64,000 nt of DNA from the NCBI RefSeq assembly GCF_009914755.1, contig NC_060931.1; one strand, given 5' to 3'. The stretch's first letter is position 1. Each line of letters opens with the position of its first letter. This DNA is from the human T2T-CHM13v2.0 reference genome, Homo sapiens. The translations under genes and the position numbers were made by a program. This document shows, one piece after another, positions 12,754-29,814 of this stretch. Under the pieces are notes generated by a model. It was not told the origin of the DNA and did not search any database. It worked only from the letters and a program-made list of their open reading frames with translations.

Positions 12754-13772
12754 ATGAGGAAAAACCAGTGCAAAAATGCTGAAAATTCCAAAAACCAGAA
12801 TACCTCATCTCCTCCAAATGATTGCAATTCCTCTCCAACAAGGGCACACAACTGGATGGAGAATGAGTTTGACGAATTAACAGAAGTAGGCTTCAGAAGG
12901 TGGGTAATAACAAGCTCCACTGAGCTAAAGGAGCATGTTCTAACCCAATGCAAGGAAGCTAAGAACCTTGATAAAAGGTTACAGGAACTGCTAACTAGAA
13001 TAACCAGTTTAGGGAAGAACATAAATGACCTGATGGAGCTGAAAAACACAGCACGAGAACTTCATGAAGCATACACAATATCAATGGCTGAATTGATCAA
13101 GCGGAAGAAAGGATATCAGAGATTGAATATCAACTTAATGAAATGAAGAGTGAAGACAAGATTAGAGAAAAAAGAATGAAACGGAACAAATAAAGCCTCC
13201 AAGAAATATGGGACTATGTGAAAAGACCAAAGCTATGATTGTACCTGAAAGTGACAGGGAGAATGGAACCAAGTTGGAAAACACACTTTAGGATGTTATC
13301 CAGGAGAATTTCCCCAACCTAGCAAGACAGCCAAACATTCAACTTCAGGAAATACAGAGAACACCACTAAGATACTCCTTAAGAAGAGTAACCCCAAGAA
13401 ACATAACCATCAGATTCTCCAAGGTTGAAACAAAGGAAAAAATGTTAAGGGCAGCCAGACAGAAAGGTCAGGTTACTTACAAAGGGATGCCCATCTAACT
13501 AACAGTGGATCTCTCAGAAGAAACCCTACAACCCAGAAGAGAGTGGGGGCCAATATTCAACATTCTTAAAGAAAAGAATTTTCAACCCAGAATTTTATAT
13601 CCAGCCAAAAACTAAGCTTCATAAGCAAAGGAGAAATAAAATCCTTTACAGACAAGCAAATGCTAAGGGATTTTATCACCACCAGCCTGCCTCACAAGAG
13701 CTCCTGAAGGAAGCACTAAATATGGAAAGGAAAAACTGGTACCAGCCACTGCAAAAACATACCAAATTATAA
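12754..13772 (+). pseudogene. Disrupted L1 ORF1p
   Basis: MRKNQCKNAENSKNQ...LMELKNTARELHEA is an L1 ORF1p N-terminus/coiled coil; frameshifts after about codon 110. Confidence 0.9.
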
Positions 13773-13835
13773 AGACCAATGACACTATGAAGAAACTGCA
13801 TCAACTAATGTGCAAAATGATCAGCTAGCATCATG

Positions 13836-17938
<4,103 letters not shown>

Positions 17939-18492
17939 ATAATGAGAATGAACGGGCACAGGGAAGGGAACATCACACACTGGGATCTGTCAGGGGTTAA
18001 GGGGCAAGCAGAGGGAAAGCATTAGGACAAATACCTAATGCATACAGGGCTTAAAACCTAGATGATGGGTTGATGGGTGCAGCAAGCCACCATGGTACAT
18101 GTATACCTACGTAACAAACCTGCATGTTCTGCACATGTAACCCAGAACTTAAAGTTTAATTTAAAAAAAAAGAAAACTACTAGATGTTTTTCTCTTTAAT
18201 TAGAGAAAACAATAAATATATCAATATGTCAATATAGTATTTTCAATTCATTGCAACATGACCAGGGTAAACACCTAAGTATTTATTTCTGGAAGTGATG
18301 CTACAGTAAACATTGAAATTGAAGAATAATGTCTAATACAATTTTCCAGAATAGAGGAGCCTTTTGTTTTTCAACACCAATTATTGTATTGGAAGAAACT
18401 TTCTATTTAAATAACAGGTTTTTACACCAACCACAGCTAATAGGGCCCATTGCATAAACAAGTGCATTGTGTAACAGTTTTAGGATGACACT

Positions 18493-18894
18493 TGATATAC
18501 AGTCTGGATACTCGTCCCTGCCCAGCTCTCATGTTGAATTGTAATCCTCAGTGTTGGAGGTGGGGACTGGTGGGAGGTGTTTGGGTCATGGGGGCAGATA
18601 CCTTATGAATGACTTGGGCCAACCCCATTGGTGATAGTGAGCTCTCACTCTAAGCTCATGAGAGATCTGTTGGTTTAAAAGTGTGTGGCACCTCCCCACT
18701 GCCTTGCTCATGCTTCTGCCATGGGACATGCAAGCTCCCACTTCTTCTGCCTTGAATGAAAGTTTTCTGAGGCTTCACCAGAAGCTATGTTTCCCACACA
18801 ACCTGCAGAACCATGAGCCAATTAAACCTCTTTTCTTTATAAATTACCCAGTCTCAGGTTTTTCTTTATAGCAATGTGAGAATGGCCTAATACA
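18493..18894 (+). mobile_element. MST-type (MSTB-like) MaLR solo LTR
   Basis: tctcatgttgaattgtaatcc...ctgcagaaccatgagccaattaaacctcttttctttataaattacccagtctcagg...ctaataca. Confidence 0.85.
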
Positions 18895-19737
18895 CTTAAG
18901 AAAATAATACCCTAAAAATGAATTTCACTTTTTCAAGGCATTTGAACATGCGCTATTCCACTTCATGCTTTTCCACAATTATATGAATTCAAGATGGTAT
19001 GAAAAGAAACAGGGAATTGTCTTGAATAGTTAAGTGCTTCATCCAAGTCTCTGCCAAGAGACTTCATATCCTTGTACCTTCTGGTGGCCACGATTGCTAA
19101 GACACCATCAAATGAATGTAGGACTCCTCTCACTTAAGAATAGCTTTTCAGAGTAAGAAAAGAGATGCTATATTTGATGTACATCTCTGCTCTGATAAGT
19201 ACACTGATTCAAAAAATGATTCAGTTTTTTAAAATGTGCCCACTAGAATTCAAACTTTATGACATAGCTAAGGTTCTTAGCCTTAGTTCATTAATGACAT
19301 TTTTGTTCATAAGTGTAATTCAGACAATAACACGATATTAATGTAATCCTTGTCATTCATTCCAGTGGCAACTTTCTCTGTGTAACATGCTTTGCACTGA
19401 AACTAGTTTATGCTCCTGGCACAGCATCTTTAAAGTAGAAAATTTATTACATAAACATTTCCAGCAAATTCAATTAGCACCACCAATACAAAAAAAAAAA
19501 AAAATCACACTAGCTTACGTGAGTTGATACTGGTCTGATTTATACGGCAAAACTGTCTGACTCTTGCCTCATAATCTAAAATTTCATAGTAGGAACACTG
19601 TAAAGTTATCTGATTTGTGGTACGTTTGAGGAAGGGTAATCTCCTCTTATGCCATCATTCTCCTAAATGCCCAGAAATTTTACTCAAGGTCAGTTGGAGC
19701 ACTGAATGCTCTGTGAGTCACTGATGCTCAGGCTTAC

Positions 19738-19790
19738 CTGCCGTTCTTTTATAGGATCTCTGTGGGCCAGAAAATCATGAAAATATAGTT
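19738..19790 (-). other. Candidate 53-bp internal exon
   Basis: Minus strand: tttatttttttgtag|AACTAT...CGGCAG|gtaagc. Splice signals only. Confidence 0.35.
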
Positions 19791-20479
19791 CTACAAAAAA
19801 ATAAATTCCTCCAACACTGAATTCTCTTTCCAATATTACAATTTCATGGGGAGAAAATGGAAGAAAATGAGTGATTATGTTCCAATTTCATTTTAAAACT
19901 ACAGTGATAGTGCTACATTGTTAAACTAATCTCATTTCTAGAACATACATGTAAGGACAAAAATATCAAGTTAACAAATTGTTTTTATCTAACCTTCCAT
20001 TATGACAAAAGCAACAAAAACTCGAATGCCTTCTCTAGTAAGAGAACACAGATAGTGCTAGCGTTGATACAGGGGTCTATCCATTCTAAAATGTCAAGAC
20101 ACAGAAATAGTGAAGAGAAGGCAGCCTGAGTAGATGAAAACGATAAAAACTTTCTCATATTGACACAACATTCCTTTGTTCAACTGAAATCAGTGCTTTT
20201 GAAAACCCACTTGGCTGACAGCCCTGAGCCTGGGGCATTCTCCATTTCCTTTACAAATTAAGTCAGTTATTTCAACTCTGCCCCTTGCCCCAGGCCTGCA
20301 CTTCCCTTTTACAGAACCTCCCTCCTATTGACTTCAGGGCACAAGTTCATCCTTCTCTAACTCTTGCTTTTCACACTAAAGTTCATACACCTGAAAGGAA
20401 AACCTATAAATAAGCTCTCAGGACAAATAAAAATCCATCAATGCGAAGGTCAGGGAGAGCTTTCAATGATACAAGCGCA

Positions 20480-20690
20480 CATTCATTCAATTATTCATTC
20501 ATTCATTTGCCAGCACCCACTCTGCAGCAGGCCCAATGCTAGGCCTGGAGACACGCATAATAATAAAATAAGACTCAGTCCCTTGTCTCAGAGGTGTTTA
20601 CAATCCGGTCAGCGTAACTAACATAAATTAAAGTTAGGATGCATGTGCTAAGAGTAGTATAAATAAAATGCTATGGGGGACCGAAGAATG
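20480..20690 (-). mobile_element. L2 3' end fragment
   Basis: attcattcaattattcattcattcattt...ggcccaatgctaggcctggagac. Confidence 0.7.
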
Positions 20691-21695
20691 ACCCTTGCAC
20701 TAAAGTCTCTTTGCCTCTGGGTCCTCTTATTTATCAGGGTCTAACGTCACCAAGCAGCAGCTGAAAGGAAAGGAAGACAATGCTAGCAGTAGCAGCAGCC
20801 TCAGCAGTGCTCCTGACACTGAGTGGGAACTGGGGAGGGGTGGAGCTCACAAGACTTATTACCCAGCTTCTTACATTTTGATAAAGGGAGGAAACTTCCC
20901 TCCACTTCCCACAGGGGAACATAGGAGGGAATGCCGTCTGTAAGATATTCACAGCAACCTCTATCAAAGTTTCAGCCATTTCCCACTTTTACTCCAAAAG
21001 TGACCATATTCTGCAATCCAAAAATTGGGACATGGGATCTGACAAATAAGTTTTTTTCCAATCAAAAAGTATATTTTTATAAAGATCTAAAGACGGAATC
21101 ACACATGGCTATATACTCAACATTTGTTGAGTCATTATTAAGCAGGGAATGGTCCATAAAACCTATCATGTGGGTTGGGATAGACAGTAACATGTATCCA
21201 TGTCTTTGCTTCTACCACACCCAAACTGCATTGATGCTGATGCTACAAAAAGCCAATGGAAAGGATTGTTTTTTCCCAATTCCTGAGAAAACAAACTCAA
21301 CAATATGCCCTTACAACACACACCTGTGGTATTCTAAGCTCATTCCTTCCAGGGAGAAGAAAAAAAAAAAAAACTCTAAAAAGTTATAACACCTCATTTA
21401 TCCCAAACTTACAGGCATCAGACACACATCTATGAGCAAGCATGCGAGCAGGACGTGCCAATAGCATCCCCCACTAAGGACATGTACTAAACCTTATGAA
21501 CATGATGATATCAAACAGGACATTTAGAACTTCAAGGATCCTATTAATTCTTATTTTGCATACAAGTGTAGTCACTTTGCTTTTCTGGTTTAACGACTCA
21601 TCACAGATTAGAAACCAGGAATTTTAAAGGGGTAGAGAGAAGAAGTATTGAAGTTAGGCATACAAAGAGTTCTGGCACACTATAAATATTTGTTC

Positions 21696-22543
21696 TATAA
21701 ACCAAAAAGGATCTGAGGCATGTCTCAATCAGTTTAGAGGTTTATTTTGCCAAGGTTAAGAGCCAGCCCACGACAGAGCCTCAGGAGGTCCTGAGAATAT
21801 GTGCACAAGGTGTGGTTGAGTTACAGCTTGCTTTTATACATTTTAGGGAGACAGAAGTTACAGGTAAAGACATACGTCAACACACGTAAGCTATCACTGG
21901 TTTGCCCATCTCCAAATGGGCAGGTTGGGAGGGGTGCTTCCAGGTCATAGGTAAATTCAAAGATTTATTGACTGGCAATTGTAGAAACAGTTGAAGTCAG
22001 CCTGAGTTAAGATAGGGGGGATTGTGGAAGCCAAGGTTCTTGTTATGTAGACAAAGCCTCCCTGTAGAAGGCTTCAGAGAGAATAGATGGTGACTGTCTC
22101 TTATCAGACCTTAAAAGACATCAGACTCTGGAAAAAAACTAGTAATGGAAGGAGAGTCTCTATAGAACGCAAATTCCCCCGACAAGAAACAGCTTTGCAG
22201 GACCATTTCAAAATATGTCAAAGAAATATATTGTGGGGTAAAATACTTTTATTTCTTTCAGGACCTGCTGTGTTATGTGGTACTATACCAGAGTCAGGTT
22301 GGAATTTGGTATCTTACTGCTACAAAAAGTCTGTTTTGTCAGTCATAAGAGTTCTGTTTTCATGTTAATGCTGATCAATTGTGTCTAAACTCCAAAGAGA
22401 GGAGAGTATAAACAGGCATGTCCTGGTGCTCCCTTCCCATCATGGCTGGAACTAGTTCTTCAGGTTTCTTTGGGATCCCTTTGGCCAAGAGGAAGATCCA
22501 TTCTTTTGGCTAGGGGTGCCTAGAATTTTATTTTGGGTTTACA
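21696..22543 (-). mobile_element. MER4-family ERV1 solo LTR
   Basis: Ends tataaaccaaaa...ttttgggtttaca; tctcaatcagtttagaggtttattttgccaaggtt; 4-bp TSD gttc at 21692-21695 and 22544-22547; inserted in an L2 tail. Confidence 0.85.
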
Positions 22544-23573
22544 GTTCCACGAATGAAGGAATGAGAAAACAAGTCACATCAAATAGACTTGCAATAAAAA
22601 GACAATGTTTTAAAGTCTGTTCAAAAGACATCCAGGACTATTCATTGCCTTTAAAATTTTCTATACAGATCAGTTATGCTTACTACTATTTGCCAATTCT
22701 AATGATACTCACCATTAAGAAACTCACATTTTATTCAGCATATTATGCTGAAGGAGCCATAAACATGAAAACTACACATTCAAGGTTTTTCACTACAAAA
22801 TAGTTTCCACAAAAAGCTTCTGAAGTGGCGAGCTTCAGTTTTTGTAAAATTTGTTAACATGGGCACTCCATTCCCAAACAATGCAAGATAAATAGAGTGT
22901 TTACTTTGCCTTGAAAAGTACATTATTTATAGAGGTATGTTATACTCATTTAAAATAAACCCACTTAAGATGAAGAGAAAGCCCTTGTCTTTAATCATCC
23001 AGACTGAGATCTATACTGATTGAGCTTTCTGTATAATTACTCACATGTACATTTCACACTGTGTAGATACGATCTAGGGCCTACTGTAGGAATTGCAAGC
23101 AATTTGGGGATTTTGCAATAATGTCATTATGGAAGATGGATGCATTTCTGATTCAACAATGGTTATTAATCTAGTAGCCTAGGAAAAAATTAACAGGCAT
23201 CTAAAAATTTCTAAAATTGGTTTGCAAAGGTCTAGAATATGCAGTTTCCCAAACCATTCACATATTTGGGTAATTCCAAATAATTTATCTGCAGCTTTTA
23301 TCTTGTAAAGTATCTCAAAAGAGAGCAGGCAAACCAGATAAGCTGGAAGGGGTGGGGGGCTGGGAGGGAGGAGTCAGACCAAATTGTTTAAAGTCATATT
23401 CAATATTATTGGTAGAAAGTTCTTTTTACCTGATATTTACTCTTAGAATACTTTCCTTTTAATCATGTATGCAATACTATAAGTATCTACCTCTATTCAA
23501 AAACGATAAAAACATTGATCAAAGTTTACTGTGAAACTTTACAAAAATTTATGTTGAATCATCTTTATTCATA

Positions 23574-23770
23574 ATAGCTCCTAGCACATAAAACTATTCA
23601 ATAATTCACAAATTTTTGTTGAATGAATAACTGAATGACACACAGCTCCTAGCACATAAAACTATTCAATAATTCACAAATTTTTGTTGAATGAATAACT
23701 GAATGACACATAGCTCCTAGCACATAAAACTACTCAATAATTCACAAATTTTTGTTGAATGAATAACTGA
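23574..23770. repeat. 68-bp tandem repeat, about 2.9 copies, derived from an L2 3' tail
   Basis: agctcctagcacataaaac at 23576, 23644 and 23712; only 2 substitutions seen among copies. Confidence 0.95.
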
Positions 23771-24131
23771 CACTTGCATGTCTCAATGACACAATGGCAA
23801 ATTGTATCTTTTTAACCTTAATTATAGCTACAGTGCACTAATGACACAGCATCATTGTCAAGAGCTCAGCACCCTCACCACCTCCAGCACCAAAGCACTT
23901 TTAGCTCCCAGTGGCATGTTCTAGGTATTGCACAGGACAATTCAGAAGCATAATCCAAGTCCTTCAGGAAGTCCAAATTTAAAAAGCTCAAGCGCTGGCA
24001 AAAATTTTAATTTAAAATTATTACTCTAGCAGTGCGAGGACAAAACTAGGTGGTTGGTCTAATTTGTATTTTTTCAAGTCAGTTGCTATGGTTTTAAAAA
24101 TTCATGTAGAAGAATCTCTCTGTTAAACACA

Positions 24132-24198
24132 CAGAGAGAGAGACAGAAGAAGAAGAAGGAGGAGGAGGAGGAGAAGGAGGAGAAAGAGGAGGAGCAGC
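24132..24198. repeat. Purine-rich (GA)/(GAA)/(GAG) low-complexity tract
   Basis: agagagagagacagaagaagaagaaggaggaggaggag... Confidence 0.9.
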
Positions 24199-24954
24199 AA
24201 AATCATTTACATGGTTATTCAGTTCAGTGTAACTGACTTGGGTGAGCAATGAATAGACCACACCGCTGAGTCTTCAAGGTTGTATCCAAATGCTCTCATT
24301 TGACAAGAGTTAAAAGGAACACACGAGTTTAAGATAAACCCTGCCTTTGTTTTTAATATTTAGTGATATGATTTTGGTTGAAGTCTGGGAGGGTCACTAT
24401 ATCATCAGAAAACACAGAAGGGATATTGACAAGCATCTTATGAGACAAATAAGAAGTTAATCTGAGAGTTGAGAAAAATATAAATGAAAACAAAGGATTT
24501 TTAAGGAGAAGAAATTGATAAGAGATGAGGAATATAAATAAATATTTTAAAAGCAGCTTCAGAACATCCAAGAACAGTTCTCACTTTACTTGACTCATCA
24601 AGACCTGCTTAGGAAAGAAGATAGTCACTAACTCTTCTTTACCAAAAAGACCAATGAATTATGATAGAAACTGATCAAGATAATACAAAGAAAGGAAGGG
24701 ATAAAACTCAAGAGAGCATGTAACAAAGGTCAATACACAATGAAGTCATCTAGAAAGATAAAGAATATTGGCAACTCCCAAAAAGCAGTACAGTCAGGGC
24801 CAACTGAGAGTCTTAGAAAAAGGAGGCATGTTTGGCTGCCCACAGCCTGGAGAAAGAGTGAGTATCCACCATCACAGAGAGATGTGCAGTGCAGAATCTG
24901 GGAAACTAGGAAATCTCCCCAAACTAGAGCAAAATGTCAGATTAATGGCATCCA

Positions 24955-25150
24955 GCTCTGGCTGCACATTAGAATCACCGGGGGAAGTTTTTAGAAATCG
25001 CAAATGCTCAAGCCCCACCTGGAGAGACTGATTCATTTTATTTAGGTTGGATCTGGGTTTAGAAACTATTTTAAAGTAGTAATTAGCAGAGACAGAATTT
25101 GAACTCATATCTATCTGACTCCAAATCCCAGGCTTTTCCTATTGTGCCAC
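24955..25150. mobile_element. MER5 fragment followed by MIR fragment
   Basis: ggctgcacattagaatcaccgggg...; gcagagacagaatttgaactc...tctgactccaaa. Confidence 0.6.
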
Positions 25151-28100
25151 AATGTCTCCTTCTAGCCCTACCCAACCAAGCGGTATTGGAGGGGTGGAGT
25201 TGCCTGTGCTGTAGTTTCTCCTCTGACATACTCTCAGGTGCTCAGGCTTAGCTGTCTGAGATGAAAGCAGAGGCAGTAGCTGTAAAAGCAGATGGTCAAG
25301 ACTTGAGTCTGTTTTCTCCCTGAATGATTTTCCAGTTTTTCTCTGCAAGGTAGAGTTCATGATTCATCCTCTTTTAGGCTAGAAGAAAACTACAGAAGCC
25401 TGAAGTCCAAAGAATGGAGCCCCAGAATACAAACAGGCCAGTGTTGCTGGCCCAGGGAAGGGAGGAAGATGCACAGGGCAGGAGAAGTAAAAGGGACAAA
25501 GGAGTCTGGGGACCTCCCAGAACCCATAGGGATGGGTGCCCTGAGGCATTTAGAAGAGTGATTATGAGGCAGAGCTTCCCTGAAGGGCAACAAGCCCCCT
25601 GTGTCTGAACAGAAACCCATCTATGTGCAGATTGGTTCATCATTGGTCCTCATGCACTGATAATTAATTCTGGTAAGGAATAATGAATGGCAAGATGAAT
25701 GAAACCCAGCCACGCTCTGTGAGCAGGTGGATCCAGTTTCACTCTGAGCATCCTGACTGGGCCTCCTCCCTCCACACACACAGACCCTTCAAGTCATTGC
25801 CATCCTTGCCCCATCTCCAGGTCCCTTTGCTCTGCCCACCTCAGCCCTTACAAGAACAGACCAAGTGTACACCTTCCAACTCACACCTCCACACACAAAT
25901 AGGAAATCTATCCCAGTTAAGCCTCATTTCTGCACATGACAGATTAAAATAAACAAAACACCAGTCTTCTAAGTGGAAACATGGATATTTCAAAACACCA
26001 AGCAGCTAGCTACCTAAGCTGTTCACCCAAAGCACAAGGTAAATATCCCACAGTAAAGCAAAAGTGATCTGAGCTCTGGCTACCCTAAAGCTTTGGAAAC
26101 AAGGTCCTAACAAACACACTCTTTGAGCAAAACACCAAAGACAATAATGGTGAGCAAGCAGAGATGGCAGCAAGAGGGAAGCCCCTGACTGGAGGGACCT
26201 GTTCACCAACACTGTCTTCACCCTAGGGTCAAGTCCATCAGCCCTAGAACCAGCTAATCTTCCTGCAGAAGATATAAGCACAAACTCCAATGGTGCGAGA
26301 CCCTCAGAAGTTGTACTAGATGATGACAGAAATCTTTTTGCCAAAGCCACAGAAGTTTCTGTGGACAGTCTAGAAAGGGAACCTACCCTCTCCTTGTAAC
26401 CTTCTCCTGCAATCACCCTATCACCCCTACTACAGTTATTGCTGCCAGAATTGAATCAAAGAGTGTGTCTGCTCCTGTGTTCTTTGACAGATCCAGGAAG
26501 GGGGTACAGAATAATGTTTGTACTCTAAATTAATATGGCAATAACAAGTATTTAGTTATCCTCCCAACATCCACTTCCCGTTAGTTATTCCTAATTGAGT
26601 CCTTTCAGACATTTTAGGAACTGAACATTGGACTAAAGGAGTCAGGGAATCTGGCTTCTAATTTTATCTCTACTGTTCTTTAATCCAGTGGCCTGGGCAC
26701 ATCCCTTACCTTCTTAAGACAAAGAGTTTGTCACTTGTGATATTATGACAAGAATGTGAGCCCCTCAGGGTTCCTATGCTGGTCAAACAAGATAACGTAT
26801 GAAAGTCTTTTGAAAACTGTTAATCCTAACAAAGTGGCATTTTGAGTCACTTTATTTGATTCAATTATACAATAAATACTGTAGGGATATTTTTAAGCAA
26901 AGGATGCACAAAACAAAGGATAATACTTCTAACAACACCATAAATGAGATATCATTCTGTGAAACAGGTACCTACTCACATGAATATATGGAGGAAGGGA
27001 GGAAATCTTTCTTTCTGGGTTTTCTTTTTGCATTCGCCTCTAAAGACAGTCACTAAATGTCTTCCTAAGAGCAGCATGGGGAAACCTCAGGAATAAGGGC
27101 TGTGTGCTCCATAAGTTCCGGAGTTTGTGGAGGCCTTGTTTCAAAGCTCAGGGCAGAAATCAAAAGCTGTATGAAGTACCCTGTTTTGTGTCCATCTGAA
27201 TCATGAATTCTTCTAAAGCTCTCCAGGAAAAGTATCAGTTTCAGGGTCACTAGCTCCCATATTATGCCCCTAAACTGCCTTTTATCATCACTCAGCTACT
27301 TCATGCTGCCCTTAGTTACCCCAAAGAAGGGTGGATTTTAAAACTTAGGACCCTCAGTAATCTATGAACCTGGCAGGATGTTGTTGAAGCTATTTGAATT
27401 CCCAGAAGAAATATACCCTAGAGATGACATGAATTTAAACTAATCCAAGGAGTATTAAAATGGTTGTGTGCTGCCCTTTGTCTCACAGGTTATAACTGAT
27501 GCAGTACAAGCAAGTGGGAATGAAAAACATGAGAAAAATCTAAGACAGTAACTGCAGACCATTCTTCTTGGAAGTTATTCATTTCAAGAAGCAGGTGATA
27601 ATTACTTTCTAGAGACAGTAATAAGAAAATATAGTCTTGTCTGGATTAAATCTATCTTGATGGTTGATTGCTATCCTTGGGACACGTTCCAATGAGAAAA
27701 GCAAACAAAATCTGTATTGTCTTCATATAAATTTCATCCAGTTGAGCCGATTCACATATATGAAAACAAGATTTCTTCATTCACTGAGGGAAATATTTTT
27801 CTGCTGATAAGTCAAAGAATCTTGTTTCTATCACTAAGATCCTTTTTAAAAATAGTACCACATGGGCTACTAGAGAAGCAGGTGTCAATAACACTTAAAA
27901 ATATAGATGGCTATGACTAGTGGAGTGTGAATGGCTATAGCTGCTGAGGTGAGCCCAGCCCAGGACCCCAGGAGAAAGGAACCCTGGAAATTTTCTATGC
28001 TGGATAGCATGCAAATTCCCCATACTAGGGGTACCTCCTGGTTAGGCCATCCCCCAAAAAGACCTTGTCCTTTGGCAGTTTGGAAACCTTTGAGCTTCAG

Positions 28101-28886
28101 GGTACAGGTTGCATGTGTAAGAGCTATAAATGCAGAACAAGTGCCACAGGATTAGTTCATGTAAGGTGATAATTAAGAGCCATATGCCTATCACATAGGA
28201 CCAACTTCAAAAGGATATGTGAGGTATAGCCCAGGGAGGCTCAGAACACATGAGATTGGCCCTTGTCCTGCAGTCACTGCTCACCAGACACCTGGGGGCC
28301 ACTAGCCTGGCATGGCCACTCCAGAGAATTGGTTCTACTGGAAGTTTTGTTCAATAAAAAGATATCCTGATTGTTGATCCATATTCTATTTTTTTATGCA
28401 ATAATCAAGCAGATTTATTTTGTATTGCCCATGGTAGTATACCTAGAGGTTTTAGAGTCCTCATTTTCTTCCAACCTAACATTGTTACTCAAAGATTAAG
28501 GTGGAAGCAAGTTCACCAACAGTAGTCCTATAAATATCAATGACCAGGAGTATAAACCCATGAACAATGACTAATTCTTCAAAGGTATCTAATTCATTCT
28601 CCCCAAATTTCTGTATACTAAGGGATCTTCTTTTCAGAGGCATGTGAGTGAGGATCTCCTGCCAAGGAATCTAAAACTCTGCATTTTATTGGATTCAGAT
28701 CAGAATTTCAGATACTGGGATCAAAACCAATTAGAGGAATTTGTTGAATCCCCACCAATGAAAAAACGGCCAGTTCAGAACTATGGCAGAATCTTTAAAA
28801 TATAATTTCTTAAACATATTAATAGCTAGATGTTAAAAAATAAAGAATCTCATCAGGCAAAACCAAGTAAGACAAAATTCATATTT

Positions 28887-29242
28887 GTTGACGCCCCTAG
28901 TCTTCACAAGTGACTTCAATCCCACTCCAACTGTAGGCAAGCAGAGCTCTCCAGCAGAAGCTGCCAACACCATTCTCAGTACAATTATCTGCCCTCCTGG
29001 CCCAAGACCAACAGCCTCCCCTCGACTAAAATGAACTCCTTTTCACCTTGTCATTAAAACTTCACTTAGCCCAAACCCCACTTTTCAAATCCCCAGCACA
29101 AGACACACCCTCGACCACACATGAGTTCTTTCAGGGTCGTCCTCATCCTACTATGCTCTGTCTGGTTTTCCCTCCCGGTTACATTCGCACTAGAGCACTC
29201 ACCTGGGCCAAGCTTAATAAATATACTGCATGTGGTTGAACA
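28887..29242 (+). mobile_element. Possible old LTR, family unassigned
   Basis: tgttga...gaaca ends and aataaa at 29216-29221; no TSD found. Confidence 0.3.
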
Positions 29243-29356
29243 CCCGCAATCCTGAGCACAGAACAGACATTGTCCACCATTCTGGACTCTTCCTCAAAGA
29301 GCCTGGATGATACTTCAAGGTCCTTCTCCCCCAGGCTGCCATTCAAGGCAGCTCTC
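29203..29356 (-). other. Candidate 154-bp internal exon
   Basis: Minus strand: TACTAAC branch point (29387-29393), AG-free pyrimidine tract, cctcag| acceptor, CAG|gtgagtg donor; one frame fully open. Confidence 0.5.
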
Positions 29357-29814
29357 CTGAGGGTGGGCAGGTGAGAGGGATGATCGGTTAGTAATTGGCC
29401 CACCAGTGGATCTTGCACCTCACCTAACCAACAACTGCCATTCTCCACCCTTCTCTGGCACAAAATGCAATTCAACATAAGCCTGATGGGTGTTCTGTTC
29501 CCACATGGGTTAAATACAGGCCGACAGCCTTATAACTTTTTGCTCTTACAAACTGAAAGAATTTTAAAACACCATATATCCCCTTAAATTTATGAAGTTG
29601 AAATCTATATTCTTACTTTGCATAAGTTTGAATAGTTTTAAGAACATATATTTCCAGCATCTTGTAAACATCGACAACTAAAAATTACATTTTTAGTTTA
29701 ACCAGTGAAGTCTAAATACCACAATGTATCCATGATATCTAAAAACTGTAATGATTAAATAATCACCATCATCTACTTAAAAAATACAGGAACAAGCTCC
29801 TTAACGTTTTTGAA

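Noticed and set aside
23574-23770. Direct repeats as a CRISPR-like array
   Set aside because: Head-to-tail units with no unique spacers, L2-derived, in primate DNA.
29335-29370. Plus-strand 36-bp micro-exon (ccccag|GCTGCC...GGCAG|gtgaga) overlapping the minus-strand exon
   Set aside because: Short pyrimidine tract with a competing AG just upstream and no clear branch point; weaker than the minus-strand signals.
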